From the NCBI GenBank assembly GCA_963716255.1, contig OY970303.1:5088001-5152000 (forward strand): DNA of 64,000 nt. The letters are read 5' to 3'. This DNA is from an uncultured Gemmatimonadales bacterium (GTDB lineage: Bacteria > Gemmatimonadota > Gemmatimonadetes > Longimicrobiales > Longimicrobiaceae). The notes under the pieces were generated by a model. It was given only the letters and a program-made list of their open reading frames with translations, did not search any database and was not told where the DNA came from. The position numbers were made by a program, and so were the translations under genes. This document shows, piece by piece, positions 9,732 through 18,350 of the stretch (positions within the stretch are counted from its first letter, which is position 1; each line of letters starts with the position of its first letter).

Positions 9732-11982
9732 TCTCCGTCCCCTCCCACCACTCCCGCCGGCCGCCTTCGTCGGCCGGGGACAGCCTGTCTGCCCGCGTCC
9801 ACTCCTCCCGGAGCCAGTCCGGGGCCTCGGCGAAGCCCAGGGCGCGCGCGTGGCGGAGGACGATTCCCCGGACCCGGGCGTCGGCCGCGGCCGCGATCAG
9901 CCGGCGCACCGTCCGATTTTCGGCCGCACCGTGGGCCGCGAGCGGACGCGCGCAGCGGGCCCCCGTCCAGGAGCGGAGCACCTCGTCGCGCTCCTGGACG
10001 GCGCGCTCGATCTCGCCCCGGACCGCCGCTCCGTGCTCCGCCACCTCCGCCATGGACGGCGGCATCGTCGCGCCGGGGCGCGGGAGCGCCCGCCGGCTCT
10101 CCCCGCCCACGGCCGCGACGAGGAGGTCGTGGACGGTCGGGAAGCGCTCCGGGCCGCGGATCCGGAGATGCTCCTGCCGGGCGGACGCGGGGACCGGAGA
10201 AGCCACTTCCAGGAGGGGGAGGAGCGCTTCGGCCGACGCGCCGCTGGAGTCGTGCAGCAGAGAGAGCCCGTAGCCGCCCAGGAAGTCGTCCTGGGCGGAA
10301 GAGAGGAAGCCGCTGCTCCGGCCTCGCTGGGCCAGCGTGGAGACCACGAACCCGTCGACGCTGCGGGCAAAGGTCTCCGCCGGGCGCCGGGCGTACCGCC
10401 GCTGCGCGGCCGTGTCGGCGCGCAGGCTCGGCACGGGCGACTCGGGGAGCCTGCGGGCCGCGGCGGCGAACCGGTCCGCGAGGCCGTGGTGCACGGCCAG
10501 CTCCGTCGCGTACGCGGACCGGCGCCCGTAGCGGCGCAGCGCCGCCTGCCAGTCGAGGTCGTGGGCCACTTCGTGCGCGATCGCGCCGGGGCCGGTCTCC
10601 GGAGGCAGGACGATGACCCGCCCGAAGGGGTCGTGGATCGCGACCGCCGCGCCCTCCTTGCCGGTGCGCCCGAATTTGAAGCGGGCCCCGTGCAGGTCCA
10701 GGCCCGGCAGGACCTGCCGGAGGTCCGCCAGCGCGTCGCCCAGCACGTGCCGGTAGAAGGGGTGCCAGCCCGGCGGGACCTCCGGGTCGAACTCGACCGC
10801 GGCGATCCCGAAGCGCTGCGTGAGCTCCGCGGCCGTGGGCGCCGGGAACCCGGGGTACCAGACGCGCTCCTGGGCGAACGGCCGGAGCGCCACGGCGGCT
10901 TCCACCGCCACGCGGGCGAGGAGGGCCCGGTCCGGTCCCGCCGTGGCCGCGAGGAGCGCGTGCTCGGCGGCGAAGCTTTCCTCCGTCCAGGCGTACCGGA
11001 GGAACCGATCCATCTCCTCGCGGCTCCCGGTCCGCTCGGCGTCCCGGAGGAGCTCTGGGCGGTACCGGTCGAGCGTGATGCGGACCGGCGCGTGCGGTGC
11101 GGGATTCCGGGACCGGGTGATCTCGCTCAGGCGGCGGGCGACGGCCGGGGCGAGCCCGGAGCGGGCGGGACCCGGCTCGGGACCCGGGTCCCCCGCGCGC
11201 AGGCCAGCCGCGACGTGCCGGACCTCGTCCAGGAGCGGGCCGGCCAGCTCCGCGGCGGCGGTCTCCACGGCCGCGGAGCGGGGCGCCGCCGTGGGAGCCT
11301 CGACCTCCAGGCGCCGGGCCGCTCTCCACCCGGCGATCAGCGGGAAGGGATGCCGCCCCGTCTCCCCGGCGTGCGACAGGAGACGCAGCGCGTCGCGGCT
11401 CGCCAGCTCGCCGTCCCGCGCGAGGGCCGCCGCGGACGCGGCGAAGAAAGGGGCGCCCGGAGCGACGGCGTGCTCAGCCGCGGCCAACTGGTAGGCCAGG
11501 CGCACCGCCGTCTCGCCGACGCGTGGGTCCCCGGAGCTCCGGACGGCGCGCCGGATGAGCCGGAGGTGCATCTCCGCCGCCACCGGGGTCCGGGTGAGGG
11601 AATCGGTCCCGGCCGCCGCCAGCACCCCGGGATCGACGGCGTACCCCTCGCCCTCCGCGGTGGCGCGGAGAAGCGCCCATACAGTGGCCGCCTTGGCTCC
11701 CCGGGAGAGCCGCGGATCCTGCAGCGCCTGGTCCATCAGCCGGAACGGGCTCCCCAGCCCCAGACGTAGGCGCTCCTGGTAGCCCAGCGTGACCACCTCC
11801 TCGCCGGAGAGCGATCCGGGGGCGGCGTGCTGCCGCGCCTCCATCCGCGCGACGCGCTCCGCCGCCGAGGTCATCTGCTTCCCGAAGGAGGTTCCCGGGT
11901 CCGTGGTGCTCCGGTCCGCGCACGCCCCCAGCAGCGACATCGCGAGGAAGAGCACGGCCCCCCGCGCGGGCCGTACCCTCAT
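9682..11982 (-). CDS. Lipoprotein, putative zinc metallopeptidase (HExxH), paralog of 3482..5893
   Basis: Start MRVRPARGAVLFLAMSLLGAC (lipobox; ATGA overlap with the upstream gene); IAHEVAHDLD, RPAETFAR. Confidence 0.78.
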   Translation of the reverse strand: MRVRPARGAVLFLAMSLLGACADRSTTDPGTSFGKQMTSAAERVARMEARQHAAPGSLSGEEVVTLGYQERLRLGLGSPFRLMDQALQDPRLSRGAKAATVWALLRATAEGEGYAVDPGVLAAAGTDSLTRTPVAAEMHLRLIRRAVRSSGDPRVGETAVRLAYQLAAAEHAVAPGAPFFAASAAALARDGELASRDALRLLSHAGETGRHPFPLIAGWRAARRLEVEAPTAAPRSAAVETAAAELAGPLLDEVRHVAAGLRAGDPGPEPGPARSGLAPAVARRLSEITRSRNPAPHAPVRITLDRYRPELLRDAERTGSREEMDRFLRYAWTEESFAAEHALLAATAGPDRALLARVAVEAAVALRPFAQERVWYPGFPAPTAAELTQRFGIAAVEFDPEVPPGWHPFYRHVLGDALADLRQVLPGLDLHGARFKFGRTGKEGAAVAIHDPFGRVIVLPPETGPGAIAHEVAHDLDWQAALRRYGRRSAYATELAVHHGLADRFAAAARRLPESPVPSLRADTAAQRRYARRPAETFARSVDGFVVSTLAQRGRSSGFLSSAQDDFLGGYGLSLLHDSSGASAEALLPLLEVASPVPASARQEHLRIRGPERFPTVHDLLVAAVGGESRRALPRPGATMPPSMAEVAEHGAAVRGEIERAVQERDEVLRSWTGARCARPLAAHGAAENRTVRRLIAAAADARVRGIVLRHARALGFAEAPDWLREEWTRADRLSPADEGGRREWWEGTENADLAGAPCAAFRTEG

Positions 11983-14180
11983 CGTTCCCCTCCGGCACGT
12001 GCGCCGGCCGGCTCCGCTCCGTACAGCCAGGCGTAGAGGCGGGCGTTGCGCTGCACCACCTGCACGTACTCCCGGGTCTCCGCGTACGGGATCCGCTCGG
12101 CGAACAGCTCCTCGTCGCGGAACTCGGGGAATGCCCGCCACCGGGCGACCCGGCCCGACCCCGCGTTGTAGCCCGCGAGCACGTCGGTGAGCCGCGCTCC
12201 GGGAGCGCGGAGCAGTCCGGCCAAGTGGCGGACCCCCAGCCGCAGGTTGAGGTCGGGACGCTTCAGCTGCTCCGGGTGGAAGCCGGGGATTCCCTCGGAG
12301 CGGGCGAGGGACCGTCCCGTCGCCGGCATCACCTGCATCAGCCCCACCGCGCCCGCACCGCTCACCGCGGCGGAGTCGAACATGGACTCCTGCCGGATCA
12401 GCCCCGCGACCAGGAACGGGTCGATCCCCCACCGCCCCGCCTCGGCGACGATCCGCTCCCGGTACGGGAATGGGTAGACGATGCGGAGCAGCCGGCGGTT
12501 CCACGCCCCTTCGGCTCGGAACACCTCCCACCCCAGGCGGATCCCGGCGGCCAGCTGCCCCGCCTGCTGGAGCCCCTCGGCCACGGGGTACAGCCCCTCC
12601 GGCGCGCCGTCGAAGTGCAGCCGGACGCGCTCCATCTCCAGCTCCACGGCTCCGGCGATCCCCGCCTCCCGGAGGGCGGCCAGGCGCACCAGCGCACCCC
12701 GTGCCTCTTCCTCCACCCGCGGATCGACCCGCGGGCCGGCGGGCAGGGAGGCCGCGGACAGCTCTCCCCCCGTGCTCTCCAGGGCGCGCAGCCCGTAGTA
12801 GGACACGGGATCGGCCCGGACCGTCTCCCGGAACAGCTCCCGCGCCCGGTCCCCGTCCCCCGCCGCGTGGTGCATCCGGGCCATCCAGTAGGTCGCAGCC
12901 TGGAAGGGCTCGCCCCGGGGATGCGCGTCGCGGCTGCGCTCGAACGTCGCCGCGGCCCGCTCCGGACGTCCGTCCAGGTAGTCGAGGCCAGCCAGCCGCA
13001 TCGCGGCGGCCGCTTTCCTGGGGGAGCTGCCGGGAGCGGCGAGCACGCGCGCGTACCCGGCGCGGGCCTCGCGGTGGCGGCCCGCGTCGTGGTCCAGGTC
13101 CGCGACCGCGAACAGGGCCTCGACCGCGGCGGACTCCTCCGGGAAGCGGTCGGCCGCCTGCCGGAACGTCGCGACCGCGCGCTCCTGTGCCCCCTGCCGG
13201 TACTGCGACCGGCCCGCGAGGAGCAGCGCCTCCGCGGCGACCGCCGGAGGGGCCGAGCGCGCCAGCGCCAGGAGCGTCCGCTCCGCCTCCGCGTGCCGGC
13301 CGGCGCGCTGCCTCGCCCGCCCGATCTCCAGGCGAACCTCGGCCCCGTCGGCGGGCCCGCCGGGCACTCCGGCCAGGTAGGCTTCGAGGTCGGCGATGCC
13401 GGAGTCGGTCTGCGCGTGCGCGAGCAGGACCCGCCCCGTCTGCCTCCTCTCGTCCGGTGTGGCGCCGCGGAGCGCGCGGAGGGCACGGGCGCCCCGGAGA
13501 GCGGCGCCGGAGCGCGGGGCGGCCTCGAGGGCGCGTGCGAGGTCGGCCCGCGCCGTGGCGGTGTCGCCGCGGGCCAGACGCAGCTCCGCGGCGCGGACCC
13601 AGGCCTCGGCCCGACGCGCTGGTGTGCCGAGGTGCGGCGCGGCGGAGGCGGCCGCCTCCGCCGCGCGGACGGGATCACCGGCTTTCCGGAACCCCTCGAC
13701 CCGCGCCTGCCACCCCCGCTCGCGCACCAGCCCGGGCTCACCCTCCGCGAAAGCCGCGCGCACCCCGGCCGTGTCCCCCGCCGCGGCCGCGGCCTCCGCT
13801 TCGAGGACCCTGGCCCAGTCCGCGATCCCCGGGTGCGCTCGCGCGGCCGCGCGGAACGACGCCCGGGCGCCGGCCGCGTCACCGGCACGCTGGAGGGCGC
13901 TCGCCGCGCGCAGCCCGGCTGCGGCCGGGGCGACCGCCCCGGCCGCAGCGGCTCCGCGGAGGTACGGCAGGAGGGGAGCCGGCCGCGGCGCCTCCACCGC
14001 GGCCTCCACCGGCGTCGCGGGCGTATCCGCGCCGCCCGTGCTCGTCGTCGGCCCGGGAGCACACCCCGCCCCCGGCGCCGCCATGCCGAGGAGCCCGAGC
14101 ACGGCGCCTCGCCCGAGGGCCGTGCGGGACGAGCGCCTTCCCGGGAGACCTCCTGCACTCCGACGAACGCTGAACTTCAT
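11979..14180 (-). CDS. Slt70-like lytic transglycosylase with TPR repeats
   Basis: GLIRQESMF, GAVGLMQVMP, AGYNAGSG, IPYAETREYV; TPR-like helical N-terminal part. Confidence 0.92.
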   Translation of the reverse strand: MKFSVRRSAGGLPGRRSSRTALGRGAVLGLLGMAAPGAGCAPGPTTSTGGADTPATPVEAAVEAPRPAPLLPYLRGAAAAGAVAPAAAGLRAASALQRAGDAAGARASFRAAARAHPGIADWARVLEAEAAAAAGDTAGVRAAFAEGEPGLVRERGWQARVEGFRKAGDPVRAAEAAASAAPHLGTPARRAEAWVRAAELRLARGDTATARADLARALEAAPRSGAALRGARALRALRGATPDERRQTGRVLLAHAQTDSGIADLEAYLAGVPGGPADGAEVRLEIGRARQRAGRHAEAERTLLALARSAPPAVAAEALLLAGRSQYRQGAQERAVATFRQAADRFPEESAAVEALFAVADLDHDAGRHREARAGYARVLAAPGSSPRKAAAAMRLAGLDYLDGRPERAAATFERSRDAHPRGEPFQAATYWMARMHHAAGDGDRARELFRETVRADPVSYYGLRALESTGGELSAASLPAGPRVDPRVEEEARGALVRLAALREAGIAGAVELEMERVRLHFDGAPEGLYPVAEGLQQAGQLAAGIRLGWEVFRAEGAWNRRLLRIVYPFPYRERIVAEAGRWGIDPFLVAGLIRQESMFDSAAVSGAGAVGLMQVMPATGRSLARSEGIPGFHPEQLKRPDLNLRLGVRHLAGLLRAPGARLTDVLAGYNAGSGRVARWRAFPEFRDEELFAERIPYAETREYVQVVQRNARLYAWLYGAEPAGARAGGER

Positions 14181-14183
14181 GGG

Positions 14184-14753
14184 TCAGGGGTTTCCGGTTC
14201 CGGGGCGGCGGCCGAGCACCACGAACTCCGCCCGGCGGTTCCGGGCGTGCGCCTCCTCGCCGGAGCCGAGCTCCAGCGGGCGCTCCTCCCCGTGGCTCGT
14301 CACGCCGATCCGCCGGGGCTCGACGCCGAAGCCGACCAGGTACTCCCTGGCCGCGCTGGCCCTCCGCATCCCCAGGGCGAGGTTGTACTCGGTGGAGCCC
14401 TGCTCGTCGGCGTGTCCCTCCACCCGGACGCGGACCGACGGGTCGGTGCGGAGGAGGACCGCCTTCTGGTCGAGGATGCTCCGGGCCCGCCCGTCCAGGT
14501 CGAACGAGTCGAAGCCGAAGAAGATCATCTCCGAGAGCGCCGCGTCCCGGCGCGCCGCCTCCTCCCTCCGCCGTGCCTCGTCCGCCTCGCGGCGCGACCG
14601 CTCCTCGGCCTCGCGCTCCGCCGCGCGGCGGTCCGCTTCGGCTTCGGTGGCGGGCCCCCCGCCCGGGGTGGTGGTAGTCCCGCGCGGCTTCTTGGCGCAC
14701 CCGGTCAGGGCCAGGGCCGCGCACAGTGCACCGACGACGAACGTGCTCCGCAT
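14184..14753 (-). CDS. pal: Peptidoglycan-associated lipoprotein (OmpA family)
   Basis: Lipobox LTGC; IFFGFDSFDL, EGHADEQGSTEYNLALGMRRA, SHGEERP, NRRAEF. Confidence 0.9.
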   Translation of the reverse strand: MRSTFVVGALCAALALTGCAKKPRGTTTTPGGGPATEAEADRRAAEREAEERSRREADEARRREEAARRDAALSEMIFFGFDSFDLDGRARSILDQKAVLLRTDPSVRVRVEGHADEQGSTEYNLALGMRRASAAREYLVGFGVEPRRIGVTSHGEERPLELGSGEEAHARNRRAEFVVLGRRPGTGNP

Positions 14754-14823
14754 GTGATCTCCTTGGGTCAGGCTGGAATGCTCCCTTGGGGAGCCGGGTT
14801 TCGCGGTCCGCGGATCGGACCGA

Positions 14824-15246
14824 CTACGAGGGATGGGGCTCGCCCCCCTCCGGCGCTCCCGGGCGCACGCGCCCGGCGACCACCAGGACCGGGACCGGAC
14901 AGCGCGTGAGCAGCTGCGCGGCCGTGGAGCCGGGCCCGAGCGGGTGGAAGCCGGTCCGCCCGTGGCTTCCCACGGCCACCAGGGAGGCGCCGACCTCCAG
15001 TGCGCAGCGGACGATCTGCGCCCAGGGGACGCCGAAGCGGAGGGTGAGCCCGCCGGGATCGACGCCTGCCTCGGACATCCACGCCCTCACGGCGCGATCG
15101 GGCTGCCACAGGGCGGCGCCGGCGACGTGCACGATCATCACCTCCGTGCCCAGGGCCGCAGCGAGGTCCCTTGCCTCCCGCACCGCCCCGGCGGAGCCGT
15201 CCGAGAAGTCGGTCGCGACCAGGATCGGCCCGGCTGGCTGGTTCAA
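14824..15246 (-). CDS. Universal stress protein
   Basis: ILVATDFSDGS...VAVGSHGRTG...GSTAAQLLTRCPVPVLVV. Confidence 0.9.
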   Translation of the reverse strand: MNQPAGPILVATDFSDGSAGAVREARDLAAALGTEVMIVHVAGAALWQPDRAVRAWMSEAGVDPGGLTLRFGVPWAQIVRCALEVGASLVAVGSHGRTGFHPLGPGSTAAQLLTRCPVPVLVVAGRVRPGAPEGGEPHPS

Positions 15247-15323
15247 GCGCTCTCGTCCGTCTCGAGGGGAGCCTTACGCGCAGAGCACGGGCAGGATCGT
15301 CAGGGGTGAACGGGCCCCGGAAA

Positions 15324-15339
15324 AGCAAGGCCCGGACCA
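15324..15339 (-). promoter_or_regulatory. Putative sigma-54 promoter for the USP-pal-slt operon
   Basis: Minus strand TGGTCCGGGCCTTGCT has GG-N10-GC spacing with TTGC at -12. Confidence 0.6.
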
Positions 15340-15404
15340 CGGGGAAATATCCCGTAAGTTGCGTTTCTAGTTGGAGATACGATTCAAGCGGGAAGCCGCG
15401 GAAG

Positions 15405-15477
15405 TGGGGCGGTCTGCCCCGTGCGGCCGGGATTGCAGGAAGGGCGCGGGGTTCCGGGGGTGTGGCAGGATGCCACA
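15405..15477. promoter_or_regulatory. Two 17-bp palindromic sites, putative enhancer (UAS) for the sigma-54 activator
   Basis: TGGGGCGGTCTGCCCCG (15405-15421) and perfect TGTGGCAGGATGCCACA (15461-15477). Confidence 0.55.
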
Positions 15478-15493
15478 CCACTGTCCCGGATCG

Positions 15494-16864
15494 CTACACG
15501 TCGGAGGGGGTGTCCTGCCCGAACTCGGCGAGCTTGCGGTAGAGCGTCTTGCGGTCGAGGCCCAGGATCTCGGCCGCGCGCGACTTGTTGCCTCCGGTCT
15601 GCCGGAGGACCTCGAGGATGTACTCCCGCTCCAGCTCGCGCAGCGGGAGCTGGCGCTGGGAAGCGTCGGCCACCAGCGTGGCGGTCCGGCCCACCTCGCG
15701 CACCCGGGGAGGAAGGTCCTCGGGGTGGACCACGTCGGTGGCGGCGAGGGTGGCGGCCCGCGCGATGGCGTTCCGCAGCTCCCTCACGTTGCCCGGCCAG
15801 GGGTACGAGGTGAGCATGGCCAGCGCCTCGCGGGAGATCTGCCGCGCACCCGGCCGGGAGGACCCTGCCGCGGGGCCGGAAACCGTCAGGAAGTGCTCGG
15901 CGAGCAGGGGGATGTCCGCGGTCCGCTCGCGCAGCGGGGGCACGGCGACGTGCAGGACGTTGAGCCGCCAGAAGAGGTCCTCGCGGAAGCGGCCCTCCCG
16001 GACCTCCTCCTCCAGGTCGCGGTTGGTCGCGGCGACCACGCGCACGTCCACGCGGTGCGCCTCCGTGGCGCCCACCCGGCGGACCTCGCCCGATTCGAGG
16101 ACCCGGAGCAGCTTGGGCTGGAGCGCCGGGGGAAGCTCCCCGACCTCGTCCAGGAAGAGGGTGCCGCCGTCGGCCGCGTGGAACAACCCGACCTTGTCGC
16201 GGTCGGCGCCGGTGAACGCGCCCCTGACGTGGCCGAAGAGCTCGGACTCGAGGAGGTGCTCGGGGAGGGCGGCGCAGTTGACCGCCACGAAGGCGCTCCG
16301 GCTGGAATATTGGTGGAGGGAGTGGGCGACGAGCTCCTTGCCGGTCCCGCTCTCGCCGGTTATCAGCACGGGGTGGCCGGAGTCCGCGATCCGGCTCAGC
16401 ATCCGGAAGAGCTCCTGCATGGGGCGGCTGGCGCCGACGAACCCCGGCGGGGGGGCCGCCGCAGCCCGGGAGAGCCGCGCCACCTCGCGGCGCAGGCGGC
16501 TCTCCTGGAGCGCGCGCTCGACGGTCAGGAGGAGCTCGTCCGTCCCGAAGGGCTTGGTCAGGTAGTCGTACGCGCCGGCCTTCATCATCTCGATCGCCGA
16601 GTCGATGGAGCCGAACGCGGTGATGACGACGACGTTCAGCTCCGGGCGGCGCGCGCGGATCTCCTGCAGGAGCGCGTGCCCCCGCATCCCCGGCAGGACG
16701 AGGTCGGTGACGACCAGGTCGGCGGGCTCCCCCGTCATGAGGTGCCGGAGGGCGGCGTCCGCGGTGGGGAACGCCTCCACGGAGTACCCGGCCTCGCCGA
16801 GCGCTTCCGCCAGGAACTCGCGGAGGTCCCGGTGGTCCTCGACCACGACGATCCGCTCAGGCAC
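15494..16864 (-). CDS. Sigma-54-dependent response regulator (NtrC/AtoC family)
   Basis: Receiver domain VVVED..TDLVLPG..KPF; GESGTGKE, GAFTGA, FLDEVGE, WPGNVREL, Fis-type HTH; GTG start overlaps the kinase stop. Confidence 0.95.
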   Translation of the reverse strand: MPERIVVVEDHRDLREFLAEALGEAGYSVEAFPTADAALRHLMTGEPADLVVTDLVLPGMRGHALLQEIRARRPELNVVVITAFGSIDSAIEMMKAGAYDYLTKPFGTDELLLTVERALQESRLRREVARLSRAAAAPPPGFVGASRPMQELFRMLSRIADSGHPVLITGESGTGKELVAHSLHQYSSRSAFVAVNCAALPEHLLESELFGHVRGAFTGADRDKVGLFHAADGGTLFLDEVGELPPALQPKLLRVLESGEVRRVGATEAHRVDVRVVAATNRDLEEEVREGRFREDLFWRLNVLHVAVPPLRERTADIPLLAEHFLTVSGPAAGSSRPGARQISREALAMLTSYPWPGNVRELRNAIARAATLAATDVVHPEDLPPRVREVGRTATLVADASQRQLPLRELEREYILEVLRQTGGNKSRAAEILGLDRKTLYRKLAEFGQDTPSDV

Positions 16865-18350
16865 GCGTGGCCTCCGCCGCCGGGAATACGATCCGGAACC
16901 GGGCCCCGCCCGCGGGGGACGCCCCGGCGTCGATCTGCCCCCCGTGCTCCTCGACGATCCCGCGCACCACCGCCAGCCCCAGGCCCGTCCCCTGCCCGCC
17001 GGTCTTGGTGGTGAAGAAGGGCTCGAAGACCCGGGGAAGCGCCTCGGCCGGGATCCCCGGGCCGGCGTCTTCCACCTCCACCCGGACCTCCCCCGGCGCG
17101 CTCCCGGCACTCTCCTCGCCCGGCCCGGCCACCCCCAGGCGCACCGTGATCCTGCGCGCTCCGTCGGCCGCTTCCATCGCCTGCATGGCGTTCATGAACA
17201 GGTTGGTGAAGACCTGGTGCAGGAGGTGGGGATCGCCGTCGATCTCCGCCGCGGGCGCCCCCTCCCGCACCACCACGACCCCCGTCCGGGCGAACTCCCC
17301 CTCCAGGAACTCCGTGACGCCGTCGATCACACGGGCCTGGTCGGTGCGCTCGATCCGGGGCTCCCGCCTCCGCGCGAAGTCGAGGAGGTTCTGCACGACC
17401 AGCGTGATCCTGCCGATCTGCTCCACGATGATGCGGAGGTTGCGCTCGCTCGCCTCCGGCTGGGGCCCCCGCCGGAGCAGCATCTCCGCGCGCCCGCGGA
17501 TGACGTGCAGCGGGGCCGCGATCTCGTGCGCGAGCCCGGCGGCCAGGCTGCCCACCGCGGCGAGCTTCTCGGTTTGCCGGAGCCGCCGCTCCAGGAGCAC
17601 CCGCTCCTCCCCTTCCCGGATCAGCCCGGCGCGGGCCGCCTGCAGGTGCTCCACCATGCGGTTGAACTCGCGGGCCAGCTCCGCCAGCTCCCCGCCCCCG
17701 GGATCGGGGGTGAGCCGGTGGGACATCTCTCCGCGTCCCAGCGCCCGGACGGCGGCCACCAGCCGCTCCAGCGGCCGGCCGATCAGGCGGCGCACCAGCC
17801 AGAGGATGAGGACGGTGACGGCGACGAGGAGGGTGAGGGTGTTCAGGGCGAACCGCTGGCGGACGCGGGCCGTTTCCGCGCGCAGCGAGGCCAGCGGCTG
17901 GGCCACCTCGAAGGCGGCGGCGACCCTGCCCGACGGGCCCGGGATGGGGTGGAGCACGGAGTACACGTGCTCGTCGCCGATGCGCCGCTCGAACTCCGTG
18001 ACCTGCCCGGTGGCGAGAACCTTCCCCAGCAGTGCAGGCGGGGCGGTCGTCCCGGCCTGCAGGGGATCGGAGGCGAACAGCGTCCGCCCGTCCGCGCCGT
18101 AGACCAGGACGCCGTAGATCTGCCGCTCCCGGCTGATCCGGTCGATGATGGCCTGTACGTCGCGGAGGTCGGGGTCCCGGAATGCCTGCTCCAGGCTGAT
18201 GCCGAGCGCCGTGGCGTAGGCACGGGTCTCCCGCCGGGCCTCCTCCGCCAGCACCGTCTGGCGCTGGTACAGGGCCCACGCCCCGTACGCCGCCATGACC
18301 CCGGCGACGGCCAGGAGGAGCGGGATGAGCAGCCGCGAGCTGAGCCTCAT
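16857..18350 (-). CDS. HAMP-domain sensor histidine kinase (cognate of the sigma-54 regulator)
   Basis: MRLSSRLLIPLLL...; HAMP; LAHEIAAPL, NLFMNAMQA, FEPFFTTK, GTGLGL. Confidence 0.93.
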   Translation of the reverse strand: MRLSSRLLIPLLLAVAGVMAAYGAWALYQRQTVLAEEARRETRAYATALGISLEQAFRDPDLRDVQAIIDRISRERQIYGVLVYGADGRTLFASDPLQAGTTAPPALLGKVLATGQVTEFERRIGDEHVYSVLHPIPGPSGRVAAAFEVAQPLASLRAETARVRQRFALNTLTLLVAVTVLILWLVRRLIGRPLERLVAAVRALGRGEMSHRLTPDPGGGELAELAREFNRMVEHLQAARAGLIREGEERVLLERRLRQTEKLAAVGSLAAGLAHEIAAPLHVIRGRAEMLLRRGPQPEASERNLRIIVEQIGRITLVVQNLLDFARRREPRIERTDQARVIDGVTEFLEGEFARTGVVVVREGAPAAEIDGDPHLLHQVFTNLFMNAMQAMEAADGARRITVRLGVAGPGEESAGSAPGEVRVEVEDAGPGIPAEALPRVFEPFFTTKTGGQGTGLGLAVVRGIVEEHGGQIDAGASPAGGARFRIVFPAAEATRA

